A stretch of 64,000 nt of DNA from an uncultured Chloroflexia bacterium (GTDB taxonomy: Bacteria; Chloroflexota; Limnocylindria; Limnocylindrales; CSP1-4). Shown in pieces: positions 50,085 to 59,914 of the stretch. The first letter of the stretch is position 1. Every line of letters begins with the position of its first letter. Below the pieces are notes generated by a model, which was not told where the DNA came from, did no database searches, and saw only the letters and a program-made list of their open reading frames with translations. The position numbers were made by a program, and so were the translations under genes. The stretch covers positions 66,130 to 130,129 of the forward strand of contig CAVZON010000002.1 of the NCBI GenBank assembly GCA_963776925.1, read 5' to 3'.

Positions 50085-51380
50085 TCAGCCCGCGCCGGGC
50101 GCCGGCACCGCATCGTCGGCGATCGGGGCATGGGCGATGTCGTCGAGCGTGCGCCAGATCGCCAGGAGCAACACGGCCGAGCCGATGAACGCGAACCAGA
50201 ACGGCGCCACGATCCCGAGCTGCTGGGCGATGAGGCCGCCGAGGATCGAGCCGATCGCGGCGCCACCGACGTTGAGCAGCATGTACACGCTCGTGACCCG
50301 TCCCAGGTAGGCCGAGGGCACGGCGCGCTGGCGGACCGTCGTCGACGTCGTCCCCCAGACGACGGCGTGGATGCCGAACAGGGTCATCGTCGCGCCGACG
50401 ACGAGCGCCGAGGTCGAGACCGCCAGGATCAGGTGGGTCACGGTCTCGAGGAGGAGCCCGACCCGCATCAACGTGGCGAGCGCGAATCGCCGTTCGAGCG
50501 TGGGGTAGGCGATCGAGCCGGCCAGCCCGCCGAGCGCCCCGGCCGTGATCAGCACGCCATACCCGAGATCATCCAGCCCGAGTCGCTCGGTGGCGTACAG
50601 CACGTACAGCGAGTACGGCGCCCAGAACGTGACGTTGAACAGGAAGATGGTGAGGGCCAGCGCCCGGATCGGCGGGTGTCCCCACAGCCAGCGAACCCCA
50701 TCGCTGATCTCGTGTCGGAGATGGCGGCGCTCCACGGTCGACGGGTCCGGCCGCGGTGTCGCCGCGATCCGCCCGACCAGGAACGCCGCCGCCAGGGCAC
50801 AGATCGCATCGACCGTGAACGGGACCGCCAGGCCGAGCCCGATGAGCACCGCGCCGATCGGCGGGCCGGCGAGTTCGTTGGTCAGGATGCGCGTGCCGGT
50901 GAGCCTGGAGTTGGCGACGCCGAGATGCTCCTTCGGGACGTGGGTCGCCAGCAGGGCGCTGCCCGCGTTGTCGGCGAACATCTCCGCCGTCCCGAGGACG
51001 AGGAGGCTGATCAGGATCACGGGCAGGGAGGCGGTGCCGGTCACGATCGTCGCGGTCAGCACGAGCAGCACGAGCGCCCGGGCGATGTTCACGAGCACCG
51101 ACAGGCGGCGGCGGTCGACACGGTCGATGAGTGCGCCACCGGGGATCCCGAAGACGACCCATGGCAGGAACGACATGAGCGTCGCCATGGCCACCGCGAA
51201 CGGATCGCGCGTGATGGTCGTGACCAGCAGCGGCCCCGCCGAGAGCAGCAGCCCGTCGCCGAGGTTGGACGCCGTCGACGAGGCCCACAACCAGCGGAAG
51301 TCCCGGCCCAGCGCGGGCGGCAGCAGCCTGCCGACCGGGGTGACGCGGGCCGCGGCGGGCTGCTCCTGGGTCGCCGTCAA
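50085..51380 (-). CDS. MFS transporter.
   Basis: A TTG start overlaps the hydratase stop (TTGA). Reads FRWLWASSTASNLGDG..GALIDRVDRRR.. with about 12 helices. Confidence 0.75.
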   Translation of the reverse strand: MTATQEQPAAARVTPVGRLLPPALGRDFRWLWASSTASNLGDGLLLSAGPLLVTTITRDPFAVAMATLMSFLPWVVFGIPGGALIDRVDRRRLSVLVNIARALVLLVLTATIVTGTASLPVILISLLVLGTAEMFADNAGSALLATHVPKEHLGVANSRLTGTRILTNELAGPPIGAVLIGLGLAVPFTVDAICALAAAFLVGRIAATPRPDPSTVERRHLRHEISDGVRWLWGHPPIRALALTIFLFNVTFWAPYSLYVLYATERLGLDDLGYGVLITAGALGGLAGSIAYPTLERRFALATLMRVGLLLETVTHLILAVSTSALVVGATMTLFGIHAVVWGTTSTTVRQRAVPSAYLGRVTSVYMLLNVGGAAIGSILGGLIAQQLGIVAPFWFAFIGSAVLLLAIWRTLDDIAHAPIADDAVPAPGAG

Positions 51381-52189
51381 CCGTCGTCGGTCGACGAGGC
51401 CCAGGCCGGTGGCCGGTGCTCGTCGAACGCGGCGAAGCCCTCGCGCGCCTCGGCGCTCACGCGCTGCCGGGCGATGACGCGGGCGGTGTGCCATTTGGCC
51501 GACCCGTGGCCCAGGCCGCGCACCTCGCGGACGACGGCCTTGGCCGCGCGCGCCGCGGTCGGTCCGGCCGCCAGCACATCGCGCACCGCCGATTCGACCG
51601 CAGCGTCCAGCGCGGCCTCGCCCTCGACGACCTCGTGGACGAGCCCGATCCGCTGGGCCCGGATGGCATCGAAGCGGCGACCGCCCGGGAACAGCGCCCG
51701 GGCGTGCGACTCGCCGATCTTGGGGATCACGAACGGCGCGATCACCGCGGGCAGGATGCCCAGGCGCGTCTCGGTGAAGCCGAACTTCGTGCCGCTCTCG
51801 GCGATGACGATGTCGCTCACGGCGCACAGACCCATCCCGCCACCCAGCGCCGCCCCGTGGACCCGGGCGATGACCGGAACGGGGCAGCTGTCGAGCGTCT
51901 CGAACATGTCGGCCATCGCCATCGCGTCCTGCTCGTTGCCCTCGACATCGAGGGCGACGGCGGCACGCATCCAGGCGATGTCGGCGCCGGCGCAGAACGA
52001 AGGGCCGGAGCCGGCCAGGACGACCGCCCGGAGGTCCGCGGGTTCCTCTCGCGCGAGCGCGGCGAACGCGGTCCGAAGCGCGGCGATGGTCGACGCATCG
52101 AAGGCGTTATGGACATCGGGTCGGTCGAGGGTGACCCGGGCGACGACGCCGCCAGGCCCGCTGCGCTCGAGGTGCAGGGCGTCCGTCAA
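51377..52189 (-). CDS. Enoyl-CoA hydratase/isomerase family, methylglutaconyl-CoA hydratase by context.
   Basis: Reads VARVTLDRPDVHNAF..AVVLAGSGPSFCAGADI..ARVHGAALGGGMGL..FGFTETRLGILP... The upstream 75 codons of ORF 51377..52417 are Arg/Pro junk. The probable TTG start is at 52189. Confidence 0.8.
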   Translation of the reverse strand: MTDALHLERSGPGGVVARVTLDRPDVHNAFDASTIAALRTAFAALAREEPADLRAVVLAGSGPSFCAGADIAWMRAAVALDVEGNEQDAMAMADMFETLDSCPVPVIARVHGAALGGGMGLCAVSDIVIAESGTKFGFTETRLGILPAVIAPFVIPKIGESHARALFPGGRRFDAIRAQRIGLVHEVVEGEAALDAAVESAVRDVLAAGPTAARAAKAVVREVRGLGHGSAKWHTARVIARQRVSAEAREGFAAFDEHRPPAWASSTDDG

Positions 52190-52398
52190 CGGACGCGCCG
52201 GATGTCCGCGCTGCGCCGACGGCGCTCCTCGGCCTCGATCTCCATCCAGCGCGTGGAGTCGTGGCCGGCCCCGGCGGCCCACAGGTGGACGATCGCCTCG
52301 CCGCGGCTCGGGCCGGTCTGCGTATCGGGGGCATAGACCCAATCGAGGAACCGGCGGGCGGCGCGAAATGGGGCAAGGAGCCAGTGGAGCGGTCGCAT
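52186..52398 (-). CDS. Small hypothetical ORF (70 aa), translationally coupled to the hydratase.
   Basis: MRPLHWLLAPFRAARRFLDWVYAPDTQTGPSRGEAIVHLWAAGAGHDSTRWMEIEAEERRRRSADIRRVR. About 85% of third positions are G/C by eye. The stop overlaps the TTG start (TTGA). Confidence 0.3.
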   Translation of the reverse strand: MRPLHWLLAPFRAARRFLDWVYAPDTQTGPSRGEAIVHLWAAGAGHDSTRWMEIEAEERRRRSADIRRVR

Positions 52399-52463
52399 CG
52401 CGCGGGCCAGCGTACACCCGGTCGCGCGTGCCTGGCCGGTCCGCCGTCGACTACCGTGCGCGC

Positions 52464-52961
52464 ATGGGCCCGGACGATCCATGGTCACCGCAGTGGCAGC
52501 CCGACGACGGCCGGGAGCGGTTCGTCCGGATCCTCACCGCGCGCCGTGGCGCGCTGTTGGCCGCGGCCGTGTGGGTCCCGGTGGCGCTCGTCGCGACGTG
52601 GCGCGCGGCCATCGAGCCGCCGACGACCGTCGCCATCGTCGTGGTCGGCTCTGCGGGTGTCGCCCTCCTCGGCGCGGGCCTCACGCCGGCCGCGATCGGG
52701 TCACGGATCGATGCCGTCGTCGCGGGGGTCGCGCTCGGGATCGGCGCGCCGGTCGCGGCGGTCACCTCGGCGATCATCGCCGGGGCGATCCTCGATGCGG
52801 CGTTCGCCGAGGTCGACGATCTGCCCGGGACGATCCTGCGGACCGGTGTCCTGGCCGCGGTGGCGGTCGCCCCGCTCGTGGCGGTCGCGGCCGCGGGCTG
52901 GGTCATCGGCGTGCGTCGCTATGCCGCCCGATTCAGCTGGTGGCAGCGACCGCGTCCCTGA
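52464..52961 (+). CDS. Hypothetical polytopic membrane protein (165 aa).
   Basis: This is the only plausible part of the 1074-aa ORF 49737..52961. It has four Ala/Val-rich helices after MGPDDPWSPQWQPDDGRERF. Confidence 0.45.
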   Translation: MGPDDPWSPQWQPDDGRERFVRILTARRGALLAAAVWVPVALVATWRAAIEPPTTVAIVVVGSAGVALLGAGLTPAAIGSRIDAVVAGVALGIGAPVAAVTSAIIAGAILDAAFAEVDDLPGTILRTGVLAAVAVAPLVAVAAAGWVIGVRRYAARFSWWQRPRP

Positions 52962-52982
52962 CCGCCTCCCGCAAGGTCTCCG

Positions 52983-53747
52983 TCAGTCGAGCGGTCGGAC
53001 CGCATCGCCGACCCGGATCCGGCCGGGCACGGTGACGTCGGCGAGGACCCCCAGATCGGCGTGCTTGCCGTCGCGCAGGCCGCGTGCGGCGATGATCCCG
53101 CGCAGCGTGTCCAGGTCGCGGACGCCGCTGTCCGGATGCTGGGTCGTGATGGCGCAGCGGGCGTCGGGCTTGGTGACGTGGAGGACCGCGTCGCCGACCG
53201 CGATGTCGCGTCCGACCCAGCCGTCCTCCTCGTAGGCCGACGCATCGGCCAGCTCGATGAGCATCCGGAACCGTCGCCCATCGAGCGACGCGACGGCCAT
53301 CGATCCGGCCAGCGCCCGCAGCGTGCCGTCGCCGATGAGGCTGGTCGGGTTGCCGGCACGCGTCCCGGCGGGCTTGTCGCAGCGGACGAGTCGGACCGTC
53401 CGCCCGGCGAAGGCCGACAGCGCCTCCGCCCACGGCCCCACGACGACGTGGCCGATCGCGGTCCGGCCGTACATCGGGGTCTCGATCGCGTCCGCGGTCC
53501 GGACCTCGTCGTCGATGACCTCGCCATCGGCCATCGTCAGGCGCAGCCGCGTGCCGTCGGGGTCGGTCTCCGCGGCGATCCGGACGAGCTCACCGACGAT
53601 GAGCCGGTCGACCAGCCGCCCCGTGTCGTCGACCAGGTAGAAGCGGCGATCCTCGGCCACGCCGGCCGTCGTCACCTCGATCTCGGTCGGGTGCTGCAGC
53701 CCGAGACTGCGGACGGGGGCGATCGACAGACGGGCGACGGTGGGCAT
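52983..53747 (-). CDS. MOSC domain-containing protein.
   Basis: It has the beta-barrel N-terminus (VARLSIAPVRSLGL..EDRRFYLVD) and the MOSC core (GDAVLHVTKPDARCAITTQ..). Confidence 0.8.
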   Translation of the reverse strand: MPTVARLSIAPVRSLGLQHPTEIEVTTAGVAEDRRFYLVDDTGRLVDRLIVGELVRIAAETDPDGTRLRLTMADGEVIDDEVRTADAIETPMYGRTAIGHVVVGPWAEALSAFAGRTVRLVRCDKPAGTRAGNPTSLIGDGTLRALAGSMAVASLDGRRFRMLIELADASAYEEDGWVGRDIAVGDAVLHVTKPDARCAITTQHPDSGVRDLDTLRGIIAARGLRDGKHADLGVLADVTVPGRIRVGDAVRPLD

Positions 53748-53764
53748 CGCGCGGATGCTAGCGG

Positions 53765-54379
53765 TCAGAGCAGTCCCACGCTGGCGCGCTCGGCCCGGGC
53801 CAGGCGATCGAAGCGGCCCGCGGCGAAGTCGCCGAACGGATCAGGCGTGAAGGCCAGCAGGTCGTCGTAGTCGAGCCGGTTGATGGCGCGCGTCGCAAGG
53901 GCCTGCTCGAGCGTGGCCGGCGCGACGTCGGCCGGTGCCGTGCGGATGGCCCGGCTCGCGGCCCGGAGCGTCGCCAGCCGGTCGGCCCGCCACGGCAGGT
54001 AGCGCGCCAGCCACGGGACGAGCGCGACGCCGATGACCAGCGCGGCGAGCAACCGGGCGACCAGGATGAGCATCGACTCGAGCTCCTGCCCGACGACGAC
54101 GAACGGCTCGCCGGCCGTGCTGAACGCCCCGGTCGCGAGCGTGTCCAGCCCGCCCCCGACGATCGGTACCGAGCCCAGCGCGTCGCCCAGGTCGGCACCC
54201 GCCGCCTGGAGGTTCGCACCGCCGCCCTGGAGGATGCGGCCGGCCTCCGAGAACGCCGAGATCGCGTCGTGGATCCGCAGGCCGATCACCGTCCACAGCG
54301 CGACCCACAGCCAGGTGACGACGTCCGTCACGACCTCGCGCGTCCGCATCCGCGGCGCCTCGCTGTAGAACGGCAACAT
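53765..54379 (-). CDS. Hypothetical membrane protein (204 aa).
   Basis: From ATG 54379. It has TM helices (VVTWLWVALWTVIGL, LILVARLLAALVIGVALVPWL) and a Gly-rich loop. Confidence 0.5.
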   Translation of the reverse strand: MLPFYSEAPRMRTREVVTDVVTWLWVALWTVIGLRIHDAISAFSEAGRILQGGGANLQAAGADLGDALGSVPIVGGGLDTLATGAFSTAGEPFVVVGQELESMLILVARLLAALVIGVALVPWLARYLPWRADRLATLRAASRAIRTAPADVAPATLEQALATRAINRLDYDDLLAFTPDPFGDFAAGRFDRLARAERASVGLL

Positions 54380-54420
54380 CGCGTCCTCCTGGCAGCCGTG
54401 CCCGGTCGGCACGGCGTTCG

Positions 54421-56019
54421 TCACATCCGGAAGACGCCGAAGCGGGTCTCCGGGATCGGGGCATGCAGGGCGGCGTCGAGGCCGAGCGCCAGGACCCGAC
54501 GGGTATCGAGCGGATCGATCACCCCGTCGTCCCACAGCCGAGCCGTGGCGTAGTAGGGCGATCCCTCGCGCTCGTAGGTCTCGAGGATCGGCGCCTCGAA
54601 CGCGTCGCGCGCGGCGTCATCAGCGAACTCGCCGCGGACCGTCGACAGGACGCGGGCCGCCTGCGCGCCGCCCATGACGCTGATCCGGGCGTTGGGCCAC
54701 GTCCACAGGAAGCGGGGCTGGTAGGCACGGCCGGCCATCGCGTAGTTGCCGGCCCCGAACGAGCCGCCGATGAGCACCGTGAACTTGGGGACCTCTGCGC
54801 TGGCCACCGCGGTCACCAGCTTGGCCCCGTCCTTGGCGATGCCGGCTTCCTCGTACTCCCGCCCGACCATGAAGCCGGTGATGTTCTGGAGGAAGACGAG
54901 CGGGATGCGGCGCTGGCACGCGAGCTCGATGAAGTGGGTGCCCTTGAGCGCCGACTGGCTGAACAGGATCCCGTCGTTGGCGAGGATGCCGACCGGCACG
55001 CCATCGATGTGGGCGAAGCCGGTCACCAGGGTCTCGCCATAGCTCGGCTTGAACTCGTGGAACCGCGAACCGTCGACGAGGCGGGCGATGATCTCGCGGA
55101 CCGGCACGGGTCGACGCGGATCGGCTGACACGGCGCTGTACAGCCCGGCCGGGTCGACCGCCGGCGGTTCGGGCTCGCGCCGGTCCCACGGAGGGGTCGG
55201 GGCCTTGCGCTGGAGATTGGCGACGATCGACCGCCCGAGGGCCAGGGCGTGCTCGTCGTCGAGCGCCTCGTGGTCGGCCACGCCGGACCGACGCGTGTGG
55301 ACCTCGGACCCGCCGAGCTCCTCGGCCGTCACGTCCTCACCGGTGGCAGCCTTCACGAGCGGTGGGCCGCCGAGGAAGATCGTGCCGGTGCCCTTGACGA
55401 TGACGGTCTCGTCGCTCATCGCCGGGACGTACGCGCCGCCGGCGGTGCAGCTGCCCATCACCAGGGCGACCTGGGGGATGCCGGCGGCAGACATCCGCGC
55501 CTGGTTGTAGAAGATCCGACCGAAGTGGTCGCGATCCGGGAAGACCTCCGCCTGGAGCGGCAGGAACGCGCCGCCGCTGTCGACCAGGTAGACGCACGGC
55601 AGTCGGTTCTCGAGGGCGATCTCCTGGGCCCGGAGGTGCTTGCGGACCGTCATCGGGTAATAGGTGCCGCCCTTGACCGTGGCATCGTTGGCGACGATGA
55701 CGCAGGTCGTGCCTTCGACCCGACCGATGCCGGTGACGATGCCGGCGCTCGGCGCGTCGTCGTCGTACAGCCCGCCGGCGGCCAGTGGACTGAGCTCGAG
55801 GAACGCGCTGTCGGGGTCGAGCAGCCGGTCGATGCGCTCGCGGACCGGCAGCTTGCCACGCTCGCGGTGGCGCTCGATCGACCGCTCGTCGCCGCCGGCG
55901 CCACGACCGGCCACCGCGACCTGGCGCCCGCGCAGCTCGTCGACGAGGGCCGTCATCGCCTCGTGGTTGGCCTGGGTCTGCGGGTCGGTCGGGTCCAGGC
56001 GGCTGCGCAGGACGGGCAT
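54421..56019 (-). CDS. Methylcrotonyl-CoA carboxylase beta (carboxyltransferase) subunit.
   Basis: Intact 532-aa ORF. Reads ..[82 protein letters not shown].. Confidence 0.9.
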   Translation of the reverse strand: MPVLRSRLDPTDPQTQANHEAMTALVDELRGRQVAVAGRGAGGDERSIERHRERGKLPVRERIDRLLDPDSAFLELSPLAAGGLYDDDAPSAGIVTGIGRVEGTTCVIVANDATVKGGTYYPMTVRKHLRAQEIALENRLPCVYLVDSGGAFLPLQAEVFPDRDHFGRIFYNQARMSAAGIPQVALVMGSCTAGGAYVPAMSDETVIVKGTGTIFLGGPPLVKAATGEDVTAEELGGSEVHTRRSGVADHEALDDEHALALGRSIVANLQRKAPTPPWDRREPEPPAVDPAGLYSAVSADPRRPVPVREIIARLVDGSRFHEFKPSYGETLVTGFAHIDGVPVGILANDGILFSQSALKGTHFIELACQRRIPLVFLQNITGFMVGREYEEAGIAKDGAKLVTAVASAEVPKFTVLIGGSFGAGNYAMAGRAYQPRFLWTWPNARISVMGGAQAARVLSTVRGEFADDAARDAFEAPILETYEREGSPYYATARLWDDGVIDPLDTRRVLALGLDAALHAPIPETRFGVFRM

Positions 56020-57715
56020 GCCCGCGATGATAGGCCGCTCGCCGGTCGCTCCTTCGTACGCAAGGTCGTGGGTGGGACCGGGGCTGCGTCACTGGGCGTG
56101 GATCTCGATCGATCCCACGAGCCGGGCTGCGTGCTCGTCACCGTCTCGAAGCTGTCCTCGTCGGTGATGGTCACGATGGCTAGGACCCTGGCGCCCGATC
56201 CTGCGGGCAGATCGAGCAGGGTGATCCGCGCCCGATCAGCTCCGACGTGGAAGGCGGCATGCGTCAACAGCGGTGCTGAGCAGCGACCCGCCTCCGGGGC
56301 GAGCACGACGTCCATCTGGAGGGCCGGGATCCCCCCGACGGTGATCTCTGCCGGAGCGGCGGCGTCGAACGTGGGGTTCGCACGGATGCGTGCAGCCAGC
56401 GTCTCGGCGTCTGCGGAAACCGCCGCCTCCGTGCAGTCCGGCCCGATCGCCCGCGGGTCGGCCAGGAAGACGGCGACTCGTCGGGGCGCGCCGTCGTTCG
56501 GGAGGAGGCCGTCGACGGCGAGGCGATCTGGGGCCCGGAACCCATCCTGGCTCGGGGCAAGCGGGAGGTCGGCGCGGTACGTGACCACGCCGTCGAGGAA
56601 GCCGTACGTCACGCGTACGGACTTCCCGTCCTCGGTTCCCGGCTCGAAGCGGTAGACGACGCGCACGCGTCCGGACTCGTCTCGCTCCAGCCAGAACCGC
56701 TGCTCGACGACCGTCGCGTCGTCGTCTGCGAAGAGTCGGACCTCGACCTGCATGGTCCCCGTGGGCCACGCCGGCCCGTCCACGACGTCGAATGCCGAAC
56801 GCACGTATGGCTCCCCGGAGCTCGTGGCGTACAGCAGGGGGACCGTCGGTTCGACCCACTCCTCGGCAAGGAAGGCGTACTCGCTGACGTCGACGAATGC
56901 GTCGGCGCCTTCGCCGTCGATTCGGGCCTGGAGGAACGCTCCGAGCGATGCCTGGATCTCCGCATCGGATGGGGCGCCAGCCTCGGTCGCGGGCTCGATG
57001 ATCTCCCAGCTCGTGACGACCCAGATCCCGCCGGGGCCCTTGCGGTCCGGCTGGGCGATGTTGATCTTCACGGTCTCGTGTCGGCCATCGTCGGAGGTCG
57101 GCGCGCAGCCACGGAGTCGTCGGTCCGATGCGCGGTACCGATCGATCGCGTCGCCATCAGCGCAGCGGACGTACACGACATCGCCGTCCACCAGCCCATC
57201 GGGATGGGCGAAGGCCTCATCCCAGCGGTAGTTCTCCCAGCCGAGCTGGTCTTCGAGGAAGCGGAGGAAGATCGGCGCGTCCTTGGGGTGATGCTGGGCG
57301 AGCTGCCATTCGATCACCCCGGTGACCTGCCACATCAGGCCGGGATCACCCGCATCCGCGAGCGCCTGGGCCTGGCGGACCTCCGCAAGGCTGGATTGCG
57401 GCCACATGCCGCCCGACGTCTGGATCGGCGTCGTCGACGGGTCCGGCGTCGGCGACGGGTCTGGATGCGGCGACCCCGTGAGGCCGATGAGTCCGGCCAC
57501 CAGCGCGATCGTCACCAGGATCACGGCGACGCCACCCAACGCGGGCACCGTCGAGCGGCAAGGTCGCCAGCCGGTGCTTGCCAGTCGACGTCCTGTCGGC
57601 TCTTGCGCGTCCGCTCGAATGTGGCGTCGAGGACTCGCTCTGGCAAACCGGGCGGCGCGACGTGCCTCGAACCAGGGTGATCGTGTGATCGAAGCGGTCG
57701 TCGGTCGTCCATCAC
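55953..57715 (-). pseudogene. Single-pass membrane protein downstream of ECF sigma 3, with an anti-sigma-like N-terminus and a ~480-aa ectodomain of unknown fold. It is frameshifted near 57570, and possibly near 56140.
   Basis: There is an ATGA overlap with the sigma gene (ORF 57521..57715). The TM helix (GGVAVILVTIALVAGLIGL) and ectodomain are in ORF 55953..57548. As written the 3' end overlaps mccB by 66 nt. An alternative frame ends ..LVGSIEIHAQ* at 56089. Confidence 0.55.
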
Positions 57716-58269
57716 GCCATCCCGTCCTTGGCTACCGCGGGCGGCCGCGCGTCGGCGTCGAGCGCGGCACGCATCGCCCCGATCGCGTAGTGCAGTCGAG
57801 ACCTCGCAGTCCCTTCCGGGATCTGGAGGATCCGAGCGATCTCCGATGCCGAAAACCCGTTGTAGTAGTGGAGGACGACGATCGCTCGGTACGCGGGCTT
57901 GAGCCGATGGAACCCACGCTCCAGTTGGTCCCGGTCCGCGATCGACGCGGTGTCGTCAGTGATCGCGAAGTCGACCGGAAGCAGGCGCACGCGCTGGGAC
58001 CATCGCCGCGCCTGGCGACCCTGGTCAGCACACGCGTTGACGACCAAGCGATACAGCCACGCATCGAATCGATCCGGGTCGCGCAGCGATGGGAGCTGTC
58101 GCCACGCCCGGACGAGGGCCTCCTGCACCGCATCCTCTGCCAGGTCCGACGAACGAAGGATCAACCGGGCCGTCGCGTAGAGCCGGTCGCCGGCCGTCGA
58201 AGCCAGGACCTCGAACGCCTCGTGGTCGCCGCGGCGGGCCGCCTCGACGAGGTCACGTTGCATGGCCAC
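57712..58269 (-). CDS. ECF sigma factor, copy 3.
   Basis: Reads DAVQEALVRAWRQLPSLRDPDRFDAWLYRLVVN and VVLHYYNGFSASEIARILQIPEGTARSRLHYA. It is the closest paralog of the sigma at 5409. Confidence 0.85.
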   Translation of the reverse strand: MAMQRDLVEAARRGDHEAFEVLASTAGDRLYATARLILRSSDLAEDAVQEALVRAWRQLPSLRDPDRFDAWLYRLVVNACADQGRQARRWSQRVRLLPVDFAITDDTASIADRDQLERGFHRLKPAYRAIVVLHYYNGFSASEIARILQIPEGTARSRLHYAIGAMRAALDADARPPAVAKDGMA

Positions 58270-58396
58270 TCCCTCGCTGACACGCGCCGTGGTGCCGGTG
58301 CGTGTTGTCTGGTATGACGTCAGCTCTAGGCTCAGTTACTCGATATCTCCTCCCGCGTCAATGGAACCGAGCCGCGTGCGCTGCCGTCCGGCAGCC

Positions 58397-58873
58397 ATGT
58401 CGACCGCCGTGCGCGCCGCCGTCGCGGTGCTCTCCGTTGTCCTGCTGGCCGGGTGTCAGGCGCTCCCGTTCGGCTCGACCATCCCCGACCAGGGCGGTCC
58501 GCTGGTGACGGTCACGACCCGCGGCGGCGAGTGCCCCGACGGCGCGTGCGGCAGCGCGACGGTGATCGCCCGCGATGGCCAGGTCCACCAGATCGAACCG
58601 GTCGCTGCGGACCTCGGCGAGGTGCCACCGGTGATCCTCACCGCGCTCGACGCGGCGATCAAGACGACCGACTTCGAGGCCATCCGCGCCGTCGCGTTCA
58701 CCGGCGAGTGCCCGGTCAACTTCGACGGGCAGGAGGTCGTGTACGAGTTCGCGGCACCGGCCGGGGTCGAACGCATCGCGTCGTGCGAGACCGAGGTGGA
58801 CCCGGATCACCCCCTGTTCGCGGCGGTCGACGCGGCGCTGGCTGCCGTCCAGACGGTGCCCGCAGGCGGCTAG
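58397..58873 (+). CDS. Lipoprotein of unknown function.
   Basis: MSTAVRAAVAVLSVVLLAGCQAL (lipobox), with Cys-containing motifs GGECPDGACG and TGECPVNFDG. It is divergent from ECF sigma 3. Confidence 0.55.
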   Translation: MSTAVRAAVAVLSVVLLAGCQALPFGSTIPDQGGPLVTVTTRGGECPDGACGSATVIARDGQVHQIEPVAADLGEVPPVILTALDAAIKTTDFEAIRAVAFTGECPVNFDGQEVVYEFAAPAGVERIASCETEVDPDHPLFAAVDAALAAVQTVPAGG

Positions 58874-59190
58874 CGAGCCCGACGTTCGCGGGTCGTCACC
58901 AGGACGCCGAGTCCGGTCAGGACGCCCGCGACCAGCAGCCACGGACCCAGGTCTGGCGCGACGCAGCCGTCGCGGCACGTCAGGGCGACGCGACCGAACA
59001 GCGCGAGCCACGCGCCACCCAGTCCGACGAGCACGCCCCCGATCGCTGCTGCCCGTGGCGGTTCCGCGACCGCGAGCGCGATGGCGGCGAGCCCGAGCAA
59101 CCCACCGAGGAAGCCGGTGATCAACGTCCCTGCTCCGGCCACCACGCCGACCAGGAGCCCGATCGACCACCGGCGACGACGCCTCACCAC
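58870..59190 (-). CDS. Small hypothetical membrane protein (~105 aa).
   Basis: A GTG start overlaps the upstream stop (GTGA). It has three Gly/Leu/Val-rich helices and a CRDGC motif. Confidence 0.3.
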   Translation of the reverse strand: MVRRRRRWSIGLLVGVVAGAGTLITGFLGGLLGLAAIALAVAEPPRAAAIGGVLVGLGGAWLALFGRVALTCRDGCVAPDLGPWLLVAGVLTGLGVLVTTRERRAR

Positions 59191-59828
59191 GCCGGGCACG
59201 ACGGCGTGGCTGCGATCTGCGCGACCGCGACGGCGCCCACGACGACGGCGACGATCAGGACCACGTGTCGCACCCCGAACGCCGCGACCGGCTCCGGCAT
59301 CCGGGCACGCTCCAGCCAGCGGTCGGGCACGGCGCGAGTCGCGAGCCCCCAGGCGATGCCGAGCGGGATCGTCACGACGATCGCGATGAAGGAGACCGGG
59401 ACCGCGTACAGCAGGAGGAGCGACGCGGCGACGAGCCCCGGGACGCTGCAGCTGATGACCGCGGTCTCCCCTACGAGGCCCTCCAGCATCCCCATCCCGA
59501 GGACGATCTCGATCGCCCCGAGCGGCGGCGCCGCCCAGCCGAGCGCCATCCCGACGACCACCGCATGGCGCCATCCGCCGTCGCGGATCCACGGCAGCGC
59601 GGCTCGGCCGAGGACGAAGGCGACCGGTACGCCCAACAGGCCGACGATGGTCAGCGACTCGACGTCGACGGTGGCGATGCGCCCCACGAGGACCGCCACG
59701 ATCGCCAAGGCCAGCGAGACCAGCGCCCCGATCAGGCCGCCGATCCAGCGACCGGGACGGTCGACCGCCGGCGTGGCTGGCCGCGACGTGACGGGCGCGG
59801 GTGGGGGAAGGAATGTCGATGCGTCCAT
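59184..59828 (-). CDS. Hypothetical polytopic membrane protein (214 aa).
   Basis: Five or six hydrophobic helices. It is divergent from the GbsR/MarR-like regulator gene. Confidence 0.5.
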   Translation of the reverse strand: MDASTFLPPPAPVTSRPATPAVDRPGRWIGGLIGALVSLALAIVAVLVGRIATVDVESLTIVGLLGVPVAFVLGRAALPWIRDGGWRHAVVVGMALGWAAPPLGAIEIVLGMGMLEGLVGETAVISCSVPGLVAASLLLLYAVPVSFIAIVVTIPLGIAWGLATRAVPDRWLERARMPEPVAAFGVRHVVLIVAVVVGAVAVAQIAATPSCPAW

Positions 59829-59914
59829 GGCTCGACTCCAGCGTGCTACTCTGACATAGCAAGTTATGGACGCAGAAACTCGCTACTGTCAAGGCGCCAG
59901 ATTCGACCGAGAAC

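Noticed and set aside
49737-52961. A 1074-aa plus-strand ORF, the longest plus-strand ORF in the track.
   Set aside because: It runs antisense to mccA, the MFS gene and the hydratase. Its translation is Arg/Pro/Gly/Ala-rich with no motifs, which is typical of shadow ORFs in >70% G+C DNA. Only its last 165 codons (52464..52961, a membrane protein) look real.
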